A stretch of DNA of 64,000 nucleotides. It comes from Octopus sinensis. Its lineage: Eukaryota. Under the pieces are notes generated by a model. The model had not been told where the DNA came from. It saw nothing but the letters and a program-made list of their open reading frames with translations, and searched no databases. The stretch spans positions 48,174,001-48,238,000 of the forward strand of contig NC_042999.1 in assembly GCF_006345805.1 (NCBI RefSeq), in the 5' to 3' direction. Shown piece after piece: positions 1 through 13,684 of the stretch. Position numbers and translations under genes: made by a program. How positions within the stretch are numbered: position 1 is the first letter of the stretch; every line of letters starts with the position of its first letter.

Positions 1-2719
1 ACATTGGCAGGGACAAGTGAAACTAATTTTTAAAGATATTTCTTAATATTATTTTAATCGAAAAATAATCCCCGATATTGTCCTGTAAGATATGTTACGG
101 AAAAAATATCGTTTTCAGATTTGTTCAAGGCAGTCTCTTCTAAGGATGACATTGTGTATTGAATTACAAGAAACATCATGCCACATAGAAAAGGTCATAT
201 CTTTTTGACATTTTGTGAATGCTATTGATTATGTTTGCAATGATATTCACAAAATCGACCTTTTCGATCGCATCATAGATGTTTAAGAATATCATTCTTT
301 CATTCATCAGAAACCTCACGTACATGCGTATGTGCGTGTATTCATATGTATATACACATACATATATTTATGTATAGTATTATATATAAATGTGCATAAA
401 TTCAAAATATATACATATAAACACAAGGCTAGATATACACACGTATGTGCGTGCATAAATGTTTATCTGAGAGTGTATGTGCATCTTATTGTTTATTAAG
501 CAATTCTTTAATCAGAAGTGTCTTTCGTTAACGAACAATGTCATATTCTATACATGATTTTTATTACAAATTAATATTCATCTTATTTTCTTCATAATTA
601 CAGAAATTTACTTTTAACACCAACAGATTAATAATTGAAAAGACATATATTTTATTCTTGCAATATCCTGAAAAAAGAAGCTGTAGAACAACATCCCACA
701 TAATAATATCAAACGTAATTGAATTCTTCGGATGTAGTTTGGAAAATGTAGTTATTGTGTTATTTTACGACTACGCACCGTTAAAGCTATACACTGTAGT
801 GATAAAACATAACTCATTTATGAATAAAATATTAAAACTCAAAAGTAACTGAAAATCGAATAAATGTTTCTCTGGCAGCTTCTATGATGTTTTCGTAATG
901 CACATTTTATAAAAATTATCAAACGTGTTTCAGACTTGTTTATTGTATAAAATGCTGCGTTTCATATAGTTTCACTTTGTGGTAATAAGTAATTTAATTA
1001 CATTTCAGTGTACATAACGTGTGACGCAAGACATATAACACAATAGATCATGTGATGAATTACAACTACCTCTCTAAATTTCCAAACAAGTCACTAGGAA
1101 GATCCATATATTCAAAAGATATACCTCCAGGTATCGTCTCAAATACTCAATAATTACAAGTATATAAATGTATATATGTGTATATGCATATATATGTGTG
1201 TGAGTGTGCGTGTTTATGTGTGCCTGTATTTTCAGGATTTAAGATTTATAAATACATTGATCATACATACATATACATATGTGTGTGTACGTGTGTGAGT
1301 GTGTGTGCGTGAATGTATATATATATATATGTTTGTAAGGTGTAACTTGTCTTGAGTGTAATCAAAATTTTGAACTTTTTGAAAAATTAGTTAACTTTTC
1401 TAAGAACCGTAAAAGAAATGTCATGAACTTTAGAAAATAGAACACTGATTTCTTATATGTGTTTACTTAATACAGAAACCAAATGTCAGTGTTAAATATT
1501 TCTACAAATTTCAATAAGAATGTCTGAAATGAGCATCGATTTAATAATTATAACAACGACAAAGTAATTTATTCGATGGAATACTTTTATACATGACTGG
1601 ATACCTGATGATTCATAATCTTATTGTACGTCACAAGTTCTTTAATGATTTGGCTTCAGATAACAGATCAGAATAACAATTACCACACTTGGTATGGTTC
1701 ACTATTAAGATGTCAAAGGTAGGTCATGTGTTGCAAATCATGGCGTTCGCAGATAATTAATTCTGCATCTGTTTCATTTGTACTTAAAATAGAAAATACT
1801 CTGAGAATAGTAGGACCTCTGTTTTATAGAACAATGAATCGCATGTAATATAAAGTATTTGAAAACATCAGAGATATAAAGCAACATAACGAATGTTATG
1901 TCAAATTTTCATTTTCTTACCGTTACAATTGTATATTACTGGCTCGGAACAATAATATTGTTATCTCCGGTTTATAAACCTCGGCATTAATGTATACATT
2001 AACAATATTTACGCATGCAATACTTTTCAGTAAGTGATAACTCTAAAGTTTTGCTGTTATATTATTATAAGTTATAACATTTAACTGAATAATAAACCTA
2101 GCCTTCCATTCTGGGTGCTAAAACATGGAGAAAAAATTCTGCTTGATTATCGTAGATTCAAATGAGCTGAGCAAAAACGAAGATTTAAAGTTTTAAAATA
2201 TGTACTGTGAATGTGGTTAATACTCTATAATAATATTAAATATCAGATATGTGCATGCGTTCGATATGTGTGAATGTGTGTCCTTGTTTGATTGTGTATA
2301 CTTGTGTGCGTGTGTTTACATGCCTACATTACGAAGTTTATACTATTGTGATGAAATCAAATAGCCATTACTGATAGTTGAAGAGTCCCAAAAATGTCTA
2401 AATACTTAGTACGAGATTTTGAACCTGTGAAATCCCTAACTTATGCATTGCGTGAATTATTTACTAAGGCCAGGTGATATGTAAATATTTTATAGAAGTG
2501 TGTAAAATCTATTGGCGCTACTTTAATGTCTTCAACTTCAGAAATTGAAAATCAACATAGACAAAATTAATACGGCTTATGCATTTCTCATATTTTATTT
2601 TTTAATACAACACAAGTCTTTTGTCTCGGAATCTATTGCATTTGTGTTTATCAGTTATATTTGCGATTTCAGACGACATTAATAGTTGTATATATATATA
2701 TATATATTTATATATATGG

Positions 2720-2870
2720 AAACGAAGTCAAGAGTGAAAATGCTAAAATAATTTTATAAAACACATTTCAGGACTGGTTTCAGTCATTGAAACTTTTTCA
2801 ACTGTAAGTATGGAAAGCATTTAAATTTGGGAAAAATTGAAAGACTGTTTTTTTAAAAGAATATTTGCAT
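2720..2870 (-). mobile_element. Short hammerhead-bearing cassette (PLE terminal-repeat-like) embedded in (TA)n
   Basis: About 150 bp of non-microsatellite sequence between (TA)n/(CA)n tracts, containing a hammerhead-like motif on the minus strand at 2769-2804. Confidence 0.5.
2769..2804 (-). ncRNA. Minimal type-I hammerhead ribozyme motif, U3-A8 core variant
   Basis: Minus strand reads CAG|TTGAAAA|AGTT-TCAAT-GACT|GAAA|C-CA-GTC|CTG: stem I CAG/CTG, stem II AGTT/GACT (one G-U pair), GAAAC, GUC triplet. Confidence 0.55.
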
Positions 2871-2913
2871 AGTGTTCAAATACAAGTGGCATTTTCGTTG
2901 TTTCTGCCTGTCT

Positions 2914-2945
<32 letters not shown>

Positions 2946-4181
2946 TTATATATATATATATATATGTGTGTATATATGTATGTATATGTATGTCTGTAGG
3001 TATGTATGCATGTATGTATGTACATATGTACGAATCTATATGTATGCATGCATTTATATATGTAAATATTCATAGTTTTACATCCAAGATAAAGCTAAAT
3101 TATATGAAATTTCTTTTATACGCTAGGTAGTCTATGAACAACTAAAACACTATTGGTCATGGCTATTTTACCATAGAGTGAACTATAGGAAGATAGTTAA
3201 TGTTCTGTAAGCTTCAGGATATGGATCTACTGCATTTCATAAATGATTTAGAACAGATTCATTAGTGGGCTTTATGACTTAGTATTGACATTCTTTATAG
3301 TTATCGTTCCTGTGTCTGAGATCAGTCCAAACCTAGAGTGAAGCAGTATATATAGATGATCGGTAAGAGTTAGATGTTAACTAAGTTGTGATTATAATTA
3401 TACAAAGCCCTTCATATATGATAATTATTATATTAAAGCAACACATTTATAATTAACAGATATTATGCGATTATGCATTCCATTTGAAATAAATGATTCC
3501 AAATATTAAATTCGTCATTATTACTGAATAACGGAAAATTTAAATAAAATTGGTGAGAGAATTGTTATTGATTTTTAACTTGTATGTTATGCCAGGAAAT
3601 AAGGGGGAGGTTGCCAGCAATCCAGTCAACCACATTTCGTCTCTGGTATCGACCTCAGAAATAAGCTGTTACTACAGATTTGCAACTCACCATGTCCAGT
3701 GAAATACTTAAATACTGCAACGTATTTTGATTTGCTCTTTACCGGTTATTCCAGTGATTTAATCGATGTGCAATATAATAATTATCAAAAAATTAATCGC
3801 TCTTTCATTGTTTTTATTTCTCCCATTATATATTTCCTCCAAATAAGCGTTGACGACTAATGAATGACCAATGAGTTGTAGCGCAACTAGTGATATCTCA
3901 TATCATTTCTAAATTCACTGATACCGGACTAAGGCGTACTTAGTATTCCATGTCTCACTCATCTTGTTCATACTAGTACAAACATAATTTTTCGTAACAT
4001 ATTAGGAGTGTTACTTTGAATTTTTCAAATGATTGACCGATTAATATTATGTATAGTACTCAGTAGTTAATGTTAAATAAGTGGTTAGTCTTTCTCGGTT
4101 CGTATCTATATTTCCACATTCCTCTCATCAATATATATTTTAATACATGTATTATTATTACCTTTCTTTTTTCTTCTCTAG

Positions 4182-4308
4182 CTTTTTTCCATCTAATCAT
4201 TTTCACGTTCGTCAGCATGTTACGAACGGGAAAGGGAATGGAAGTAACCAGAGGAGACAGGAGATGTTATCAGCTAGCTTCAGAAATAGCGCCCAAACAA
4301 CAGGACAG
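4182..4308 (+). CDS. Candidate internal coding exon (hydrophobic stretch then MEVTRGDRRCYQ...), unknown protein
   Basis: Strong polypyrimidine acceptor (cctttcttttttcttctctag), open frame FFHLIIFTFVSMLRTGKGMEVTRGDRRCYQLASEIAPKQQD, possible AG|GTTATA donor. No homology recognised. Confidence 0.25.
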
Positions 4309-5474
4309 GTTATACTGAAGACAAGATTACACTAGAAGCCATGATTTCAAACGACTGCAATCATAGCACATAATGAAAAAGAGAGAAGCAGAGAGAGGAA
4401 GAGAGAATATAGGAGATATTTTGAAAGAGCGAAAGAAGGGGAGAGAGAGGTAGGAAGAGATATACTGCTATGTTATGCTTAAGTGACAGTCCATTGGGGA
4501 ATAAACAGAACTTTAGTAAAGATCATGTGACATTTACCTACTATAAGGTCCCAAAGATTGCTATCATGCGTTTGGAGTTGGATAAAACAAATGATTCTTC
4601 CATTCGACCGTTCATTACCACTGCAGTTACCTCAATTTCCAGATTACGTTTATGCCATTCTATAGGTAGCAAGGTATATTCTATAAGTAATTACAAGCGT
4701 TATCTGCAAATAAATACTGAAACTATGTTATTTCCAACAAGATATTCTCTATTATATAATATAATGTACGCATATACAGAATCACATGCATATATGGGTG
4801 TGTGCCAGCGTGTACATTAGTGTATGTCTGTGTGTGTCTCAGTATGGTTGTGTGTACACTGAGTTTGTGCGTTATCTTTCATTTTCCTCGCCTCTAGCTA
4901 AATTTCAGTTAATATTTGGATAGTTTGTGGAACGTAAGTTACATATTTGATTTAATTAAATTCAAATAAAGAATATAGTTTAAATATATGCTTATTTTAC
5001 TTGATAATTTTCCTTTAAGTCAAGTTTACAGCACATTCTTCTCATTTGATTCCTGTTTTCTGTGAATTCAAATTCAGAAAGTATATATATTTTATTGGAT
5101 AACAAAATTGCATTTATTTTATATAATATTGTTTCGTTTGCTTTTTCTGACAGCGTTTCTATTCCTGTGTCAAATAACAGTGAAACTAAGAATGTTAAGG
5201 CACCAAGTAATATTAATTAAACATTTATACTTTCGACAAATGTATCAAATTTAGAAGTCAATGGAAACCACGGGATTTGAATACGATGTTTTGTTTGCAT
5301 AGATTGGCAATACAGTCAGTATCTCAAGATAGTTTGTCACGAATATACAACATACTTAATTCGATTAACTATATCCCAATATACATTAATGAATGTATAG
5401 ACGTGTGTATATGTGCACGTATATGTGTGTGCGCGCGCGTATATGTGTGTATGTGTGTGTGTGTTATTGTGCGC

Positions 5475-5680
5475 GTGTCTTCGTGTCTATTCGTCCCCCA
5501 TCACCGCTTGACGACCGGTGTTAGTGTGTTTATCGTCCAGTAACTTTGCGGTTCGGCAAAAGAAGACAATAGGAAAAAAATGGCTCAACAAGAAATAAAT
5601 ACTGTAATCAATTCATTCAACTAAAAGAGAATTGTACAAGGCGGTGCCCCAGCACGGCCACAGTCTGATGACCGATAATA
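5475..5680 (+). mobile_element. SINE family A, 3' half, degenerate
   Basis: Matches the 3' part of the copies at 9.8, 12.1 and 33.2 kb (gcggttcggcaaaa...gcggtgccccagcacggccacagtc). Confidence 0.75.
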
Positions 5681-5705
5681 TTTTTTTTTCGTACTTGTGT
5701 GTGTG

Positions 5706-6950
5706 TTATGTTGTTTCACATGAAATATCCTATTTGAAAGGTAACAATAAAATGTTTCAGAAATGTTAGAGAACTGATTTATTTAATCAAAGTATGGTCC
5801 ATATACATTTATGACGTTTACTCAAGGTTACTCCATGACGTATATTCCATCTTTAAAATGCATTCATCTTTTGCTGTGATAAACTGTCCGAATACTTCAA
5901 TGACCTCTTCTCTATTTACGAATGTTTTATTGCTTATGAAGAGCTCCAAATGCTTAAATAAGTGATGATCAGTAGGAGAGATATCAGTGAAATAAGGAGG
6001 ATGTTGCAAAATCTCATAATTCAGGCTTGCAAATTTTGGACCGTAGCTTGAGGAGTGTTAGGATGTGCATTGTTGTGGAGCAAAATTAGGCCATCTCTAT
6101 TCACTAGTCTGGGTTGCTGCTTTTTCAAATGTTCATGCATACACACTATTTCTTGGCAATACGATGTTTTTATTACCGTTTCTCCTTGTTGCAAAAAAGA
6201 ATAATGAATACCTTCATTTGCAGACTACCATGCAGTGACCACTAACATTTTAGGGTGCAATGTTGGATGTGGGAAGTGTTTAGGTGACTCTTCTGCATCT
6301 AATCATTGTTCCTGTTCCCCTGCTGTTGTAAGAGAGTATCCATTTCTCATCACAAGTAATGATTTGATACAAAAATTGTTTCTTTTTTCAGTCGAGAAAG
6401 CAGTATGGAGCGCACTTCGAGGCCTCTGTTTTTTCTTTAATCTCGTTCAGTGGATGTGGAACAAACCAATCCACTTTCTTGACTTTTTCATAGGTATCCA
6501 AAATCTGTTGTGCGAGATGTTTGGAGTTTTGATGAAAGTTTTCGAACCTTTGTTCTCGGATTTTGTCGAACCAAAGCATTTACTCCATCATGACGAATAA
6601 CAGATTTTGGCACACTCTTTGGTTTCCTTTCAATACTATTATATCCTGAAAGACAGCTTTGGAACCATATCTGAACAGTTCTCATGTCAACAAAACAATT
6701 ACCAAAGGCTCGCTTGATATTCGGAGTACCTCCTGCTGCATAGTGACCCAGTTTGTAATCATACGAGAAAATAACTTAACATAGTTTGGTTGTTATCCAT
6801 TTCATAAGGTTTGTGGGTACGAATTTTGTATACCAATATTGTTGGGATAGAAAAAAACCCGCCAAATTAAATGCATGTTATACATAATTGAGTTTTTAAA
6901 AGACTGAAATAACTGGTAATTAAAAATACATTTCATGTGAAACCACCTAA
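5706..6950 (-). mobile_element. Mariner (DD34D-type) DNA transposon, near full length, decayed transposase
   Basis: Imperfect 21-bp TIRs (ttatgttgtttcacatgaaat at 5706; reverse complement of atttcatgtgaaaccacctaa ending 6950; 2 mismatches), about 1.25 kb. Minus-strand fragments give WFVPHPL (WVPHEL motif), IITCDEKWI, LLHNNAHP and HPPYFTDISPTDHHLF (YSPDLAPSDY motif); frameshifted. Confidence 0.93.
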
Positions 6951-6982
6951 TATGCATGTGTGTGTATGTATTGATATATACA

Positions 6983-7025
<43 letters not shown>

Positions 7026-7044
7026 AGAGAGAGAGAGAGAGAAA

Positions 7045-7063
7045 GGTAGATAGATAGACAGAC

Positions 7064-7135
<72 letters not shown>
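7045..7135. repeat. (GATA)n microsatellite following (TA)n(GA)n
   Basis: Direct tandem repeat. Confidence 0.95.
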
Positions 7136-7619
7136 GTGTGTCTGTGAATTACGATCAAATAGCGTGCGTTAGCTCTCCTGAATAAGTAGCCCATTACAAA
7201 GTTTTGCATGGTCAATCGCCGACTTCCAGCATCCGGTAACATAATTCAAGGTGAGGAGGTTGGCAATCGACAATTCACAAGATGAAGAACAAGAAGCATC
7301 AAAATACAAATAAGCATCTCTAGAGATAAAATAATGTGCTCATATGTGTATTAAATATGCACGTTGATATTTCATTAAAATGAAACTTTGAAAAATATAA
7401 CCTTATTTCTATAACGTCAAACTTGCTGGAAGCGACCTAATTGTTTGGGTTTGAATGGGACAGATAGCAGGATACGGACACATAGAGCTAGAGATGAAGA
7501 AGCAGAAGAAACAGATGGCATGAGTTTTAAAAACTGGAAAGTCACACATTTATTTAGTACTCTGAGGTCAGGAAATCTTGTATTAGAAAGCATCAGGCTT
7601 TCTAATACAAGATGAGTTT

Positions 7620-7980
7620 TATCCTTTATCTTTTACTCGTTTCAGTGATTGAATTTCCCCCATGCTTTGGCACCGCCTACGAGAATTTTGGTCCAACTAC
7701 TTGACCCGTGTACATATTTTTATTGCAGCCTGGTACTTATGCTACTCCACTCTTTCACAGAACAGCAACATTATGGGGACGCAAATACAATGACAACCGT
7801 TGTTAAGCAGTTGTGGGGGACAAACCCAGATATAAAAACACAAACATCAACACACACACACACACACAAGGTGGGTTTCGGCTCGGCCAGAGTCTGTCGT
7901 AGAAAATATGTAGTGGGACTGAACTCAGACCTATGTTGTTGGGAAGCAAGCTACTTACCGTACATCCACGCCTGCCCTTG
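7620..7980 (-). mobile_element. SINE family A, old degenerate copy
   Basis: Contains agtgggactgaactcagacc...gcaagctacttacc head and body remnants like the 9.8 kb copy. Confidence 0.6.
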
Positions 7981-8699
7981 TTGATTTAATCTTGGCATTT
8001 GTCATACTGTGTGGTGTGAGAATAAGAAAATGAGTCCGTTGGGAGAACATCTTTCCCTCATAAAGATCAATAAGCTTAACGCTAGTTAATATATATTTCT
8101 CTTCCGGCTTCAACTGTGTAATAAACACTTAAAATCCCCACAAACTAGTGTTACACTGCTGTAGCTCTATATTTCACACGACAATATAATACAGAACTTT
8201 ATGTATTATCAAGCACTCGGAAATCATGATTATCAGCCTAGCCTGACTGCAATTCTTTTTGAAGTACTTCAAGGCTGCAAAAATTATTGAAGTTTGAATC
8301 TTCTGGGCAATGGCCTATCATCGAAGCTATCGTATTATCACATTTCGGAGAATTAAATATGGCTAATTCCTGAGCTTTAGAAGCTAGCAAAATGCACTAT
8401 CGGGGGAGCAGTTGAGAGTCACTAGTCCCTTTGTGGGTACGCTTTTTGGGATTGCCGTATCATCTAAGTCATTAGCTTCATTAATCATTATTTTACAATC
8501 ATGATCAGTTTAGATATCTCACTCAATGTGTTTCTTTTTTTCCTTTTCCTTCTTTAACTTATTAATTCTCTCTGTATTGTTAAGATCGAGTTAACAGACG
8601 AATTTTCATGTAGTATATATGAATGCATGTATTTGTATTTTATGTATGTGTGCGTGTATATATATATATATGAGTCCATGTGGATGTATATATATAGTT

Positions 8700-8900
8700 A
8701 ATCCAAACACGAAAGCACAAAAAACACAACAACGCGAGGACATGGAACAAATATAGTATTACTGGACGATCAGGAAAGAAAGAAAGAAGGAGGGTTTAAC
8801 GTTTCGAGCGGAGCTTTTCGTCGGAAACATAGAAGAAGGAAAGATCTAGAGAAGGGAAGACTGAGGAAAATAATCGCCAACGATACACACGCGGTCACAT
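8700..8900 (-). mobile_element. About 200-bp hammerhead-bearing cassette (PLE terminal-repeat-like) at (TA)n
   Basis: Homologous to 45838-46056 (atccaaac...aaaaaacacaacaac...atggaacaa...tcaggaaa...cgtttcgagcggagc.tttcgtcggaaacat); flanked by TA-rich microsatellite. Confidence 0.7.
8794..8828 (-). ncRNA. Minimal type-I hammerhead motif, C4 variant
   Basis: Minus strand: GTTT|CCGACGA|A|AAGC-TCC-GCTC|GAAA|C|GTT|AAAC. Stem I 4 bp; stem II has one mismatch in this copy. Confidence 0.55.
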
Positions 8901-8999
8901 TTTATATATATACACATATATACATACATACATGCATACATACATATAATTGGTAATAACGCAATGCTTAGAATGTCATCTTCCGGATTTTTAAGTCCT

Positions 9000-9150
9000 G
9001 ACGTGCTTACATACCCGTAACCTTCCGGTTCGGCAAAAATGACGGATAGAATAAGTACTAGTCTTACAACGAATAAGTTATGGGGTCGTTTTATTAAAGC
9101 GGCGCTCCAGCATGGCCGCAGTCTAACGACTGAAACAAGTCAAGGAATAT
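9000..9150 (+). mobile_element. SINE family A, 3' fragment
   Basis: ccggttcggcaaaa...ataagtact...gcggcgctccagcatggccgcagtc...gactgaaacaagt tail. Confidence 0.8.
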
Positions 9151-9753
9151 AAATGATATTGTGGAACTGTGTAGTGACAAGATACGCAGAATAAGGTATT
9201 GCTTTGAAGCTTTATAAATACTAGTGTTTCCGAAATGCTGTGATAAAAACCAAAGTTATTTTAGTGAAAATAAATAAAATGTCTGTTGTCGAATGGACAC
9301 GTGCATTAAATCTCAGAGTGCTACGGGGAACTGGATTCCTATTCATGAAGGCGTGTCACATGTTGGTATTAGTAGTAAGATGGATATTCCAGGTAAATCA
9401 CAAAGTCAAGAACGTACAGACTCACGTTAACCCATCATTCATTAGCTCAGACATACCTATAAATGCACTTAAATATATAGGTGCACACATGCATATGCTG
9501 TAGTTATTTCACTTCTATTTACAAACATGCATTCATGCAAGTGACACCCAGGCATCAGAGACACACAGCTGATTCATACACGCATATATTCAAATCCACG
9601 GGTACTCGCATATGGCTGATACACGCTCACACACATTCCAGTAAACACGCTGCCCCGTAACCACTAGTTCATTGCACAACCACTTGCTGCTGTTGTTGTG
9701 AGTGGCGGTGCTCGTCGTGCTAATACTACCACCACCACCACCACCGCTACTAC

Positions 9754-9795
<42 letters not shown>

Positions 9796-9802
9796 AACAA
9801 CT

Positions 9803-10193
9803 CTCTTTTACTCTTTTACTTGTTTCAGTCATGTGACTGCGGCCATGCTGGAGCACCGCCTTTAATCGACTTATTCTTTTGTAAGTCCAGTACTTATTCC
9901 ATCGGTCTCTTTTGCCGAACCGCTAAGTAACGGTGACATAAACACACGAGCATCGGTTGTCAAGCAATGCTAGGGGGACAAACACAGACACACAAACACA
10001 CACACGCATACATATATATACATATATACGACGGGCTTCTTTCAGTTTCCGTCTACCAAATCCACTGACAAGGCTTTGGTCGGCCCGAGGCTATAGTAAA
10101 AGACACTTGCTCAAGGTGCCACGCAGTGGGACTGAACCCGGAACCATGCCGTTGGTAAACAAGCTACTTACCACATTGCCACTCCTGCGCCTA
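9803..10193 (-). mobile_element. SINE family A (tRNA-derived head, internal (TA)/(TG) microsatellite, tail ending gactgaaacaagtaaaagag), full length
   Basis: tRNA-like head with A/B-box-like motifs (gtggcaatgtggtaag; gggttcagtccc); closely similar copies at 12.1, 33.2, 36.0 and 59.7 kb. Confidence 0.92.
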
Positions 10194-10855
10194 CAACTAC
10201 TACTACTACATTGAATAATAATAATCGTAACAATAATAATAATAATAATATTAATAATAATACTTTATGCATCAATATATTTGCAACGGGGTAAATCCAG
10301 AAAAAATATGAATGAAAACGTAGTCGCAGAACACAGAAAGTGAAAGTAACGCTTTCAGGGGTATGTCGCAATAACAGAAACTGGACCCGTGGAATTTTTG
10401 TCCGATACTGAGGTAGTGGAAAGCAAAACTTTAATTGGATGTAAATTTCAAAATGAAAGCAAGTTTGATTATTTCGTTCGTTATGATAACTTCAGTTAAC
10501 GATTTCAAGCTAATATCAGACAACCAGCTGAGAGGTCAATGGTGTGTATCCTGCACTCGCATTGCATTGAGACCAGTCTGTGGATGTCTTTCGGTCTATC
10601 TTTATGAATACATCTACGTACGTATGTATATGTGTGTGTGCATGTGTGCGCGCGCGCGCGTGTGTGTGTGTTTGTATTTGTGTGTGTGTCAATCCTATAT
10701 ACAGTTGGTCATTATCATTATCACCACATCAGCTCACATAGTTATCAGCTGTTTTTGAAACGCTTAACTTCTTAGACCAAGTCTTTACGATAACACACAC
10801 AAACAAATGCATACATATACGTATGTATATACGTACTTATCTATCTGTCTGTCTG

Positions 10856-10910
<55 letters not shown>

Positions 10911-12093
10911 GTATATATATATACTTATATACATACATACATATATAGCATAATAAACTTGGAAATCTTTCAATGGAATAATTTCTAATGAATATAAAAT
11001 ATTCATTAGAAAAAAGGCATAGCAATTAAAAGATTGGCCTGTGAAGTATGAAGATGGTTTTCTCTACATGATTTCCGTTTACTTAGTAAAATATTATTGA
11101 TGTGTATGTAATGTTTTATAGAATAAAAGGATGTTTTTCAATAAAAATATATAATTACTCTATGTAAATATTTACTTCAGTATGTTGACTAGAAATAATT
11201 TTCGATCCGTGCCGAATTTCATTTTTCCAGATACATATAAATATGTATTGTTACTAAGGTATGTTAGATAAATAATTCTACTCCCAAATCAATAGCAAAT
11301 TAAAAAGAAACTTTGAACACTGAATATAGAAACGTCGATAATAAACAAATTATATATGTAAGATAAATTTATCTTCATCTGCATCTATCATACTATCTAT
11401 TTATGTACATATATATTCACATTTACAGACACACATGCCCATACGTAAATACATACATACATACATACATACATACATACATACATACATACATACATAC
11501 CGACAGACAGACTGGCAGATGTTTGCATCCATACATATGTGTGTATGTGAGCTTGTCTGCATGCACGTTGGTGTGTCTTTACACATGTATATATCAGCTA
11601 AAATTCCAGCATATATAGATATTTTAGCAAATAAATTATGCATATTGTATGAATTACACATCTCTCGTATTGCCTTCGTTTGCAAATTCTAATCTATCTC
11701 TCTATCTCTCTATATATTTATTTATCTATATATCTGCTTATGCATACATACATGCATATATATAAAAACACATACATACATATATGCCAAAATAGTTGTA
11801 TATGCATATGTGTATATGTGTGTATATATGTGTGTGTTTAACGTTAATATGGAATGGTTAATATTTAGATGTATTCCTTATGTTGCACACAATCGGGACA
11901 TCTTGATATGTGAACATTGACATTGGGTAGTTATAAAATTAATAGCCACCTACTACATGGAATCCTACGTAGTACTCAATGTGTAAATGTTATAGAGAGT
12001 TACATTGTAGAAATAATCCATATAGCATAAGTTTAATATTGGTTACCTTACAATCGTTTTAGTAATATTCCGCTTGGAACCTCATTACATTCC

Positions 12094-12307
12094 CTTTTAA
12101 ATCTTTTAAATTTTTTTCTTGTTTCATTCATTTGACTGCGGCCATGCATTCGCGCAAATCGACGCCAGGACTTCTTCTTTGTAAGCCTAGTATTTTTTCT
12201 ACCGGTATCTTTTGCCGAACCGCTAAGTTACGGGGACATAAACACACCAGCATCGGTTATCAAGCGATGTTGGGGGAACAAACAGAGACGCACAAACACA
12301 CACACAC

Positions 12308-12338
<31 letters not shown>

Positions 12339-12519
12339 CATATATACATATATACGATGGGCTTCTTTCAGTTTCTGTCTACCAAATCCACTCACAAGGC
12401 TTTGGTCGGCCCGAGGCTATAGTAGAAGACTCTTGCCCAAGATACCACGCATTGGAAATGAACCCGGAACCATTTGGTTGGTGAGCAAGCTACTTACCAC
12501 ACAGCCACTCCTGCGCCCA
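12094..12519 (-). mobile_element. SINE family A, full length
   Basis: High similarity to 9803-10193. Confidence 0.92.
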
Positions 12520-12613
12520 TATACATATATGTACAAGATTATGTTTGTCTTTTGCATGTATGAATAAGCTTCGTGTGAGTCTTCATAAATTTATCGGTAC
12601 TTGTTATTAAGTA

Positions 12614-13182
12614 TAAAGGGTGTCCCATATACATTGACATAATTTCGGAATCAATTAACATAGCAAATTCTCGCTCAAACCATCTAAAATTTTAAGAAAA
12701 TATTTAAAAACTAAGTTTATAACCGGTATGCCTGTAATTGTGACATAGTGTTGTTGAAATGGCAACCACTTTCACTTGACTCAACACCTTGTCATTTATT
12801 TTCTTTGGGGCTATGTGAAAGGGCTGGTTTATACCCCACCACTCTTCCTACAAGCCAAGCGAAAAGGTACCAGTGAATGCTACATGAGCCACTCTACAGC
12901 GTCTTTGGCAGGTACTGGACTACCGACTTGAGATGTGTCACGTCACAGGCATTGCGGATATTGAAGATTTGTGAAGCGTTGCGAAATTGGTTGTAAAATC
13001 TACATCCCTCTGACTCTTTTGATCGGATTTTATTTATTATTATTATTATTGTTGTTGTTATGGCGGTTGTGGTGGTGGTTATTATCATTATTATCATTAT
13101 TATTCAACATGAAGCCTATTTCACTTCGTTTGCCACAGACATGTAGTTACTCAAATATCAAATTATGGAGGAACGCGCTGTA
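12614..13182 (+). mobile_element. Internally deleted Tc1/mariner-superfamily element retaining the transposase C-terminus
   Basis: Starts TA-aagggtgtccc (TIR-like). Frameshifted FLWGYVKGLVYTPP and LQRLWQVLDYRLEMCHVTGIADIEDL* match the PPRSPDLTPCDFFLWGY-type C-terminus. Degenerate right TIR near 13150-13182. Confidence 0.75.
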
Positions 13183-13270
13183 ATTTAATCTACTTTTTCG
13201 CGTTATTTACCTATAAATCATACATTATAAAAATAATAAAATTAGCTATAACAGTAATAATTTAAAAAAT

Positions 13271-13607
13271 GTGGATAAGCATCATAGCCATGTGTTGAGA
13301 TGAATTTTTTGAGGTTTCCACAATTTGCATCTGGGAGCATGGGTGTTTCGTTGAACATCCCGAAACAACCCTTATTCAGGGACATTTGCAGCGGGATGGG
13401 CTACTCGACCTGAAGAAAATTCTAACTGGGACCCACCTGCAAGTTCATGCACTGTTTATCTTGATATTCTATCATCATATCGAACGCATATGGTTGTGAT
13501 GCATGTGGCCGGTGTACTCTTATCAGACGGGTAGTAATGATCGGTATACTGGACTTTGTATATATTACCTCAGTGTCACATTAATAGTATGTACTCCTCT
13601 TTCATAC
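13271..13607 (+). mobile_element. 5'-truncated copy of a non-coding (TAA)n-tailed retroelement
   Basis: Homologous to 22165-22446 (agcatcatagcc.tgtgttgaga...gggatggg.tactcgacc...cttatcagacgggtagt); ends in (TAA)n. Confidence 0.85.
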
Positions 13608-13614
13608 AATAATG

Positions 13615-13684
<70 letters not shown>

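Noticed and set aside
7575-7630. Helitron 3' end interpretation of the 17-bp hairpin
   Set aside because: No CTRR terminus at the expected distance on either strand.
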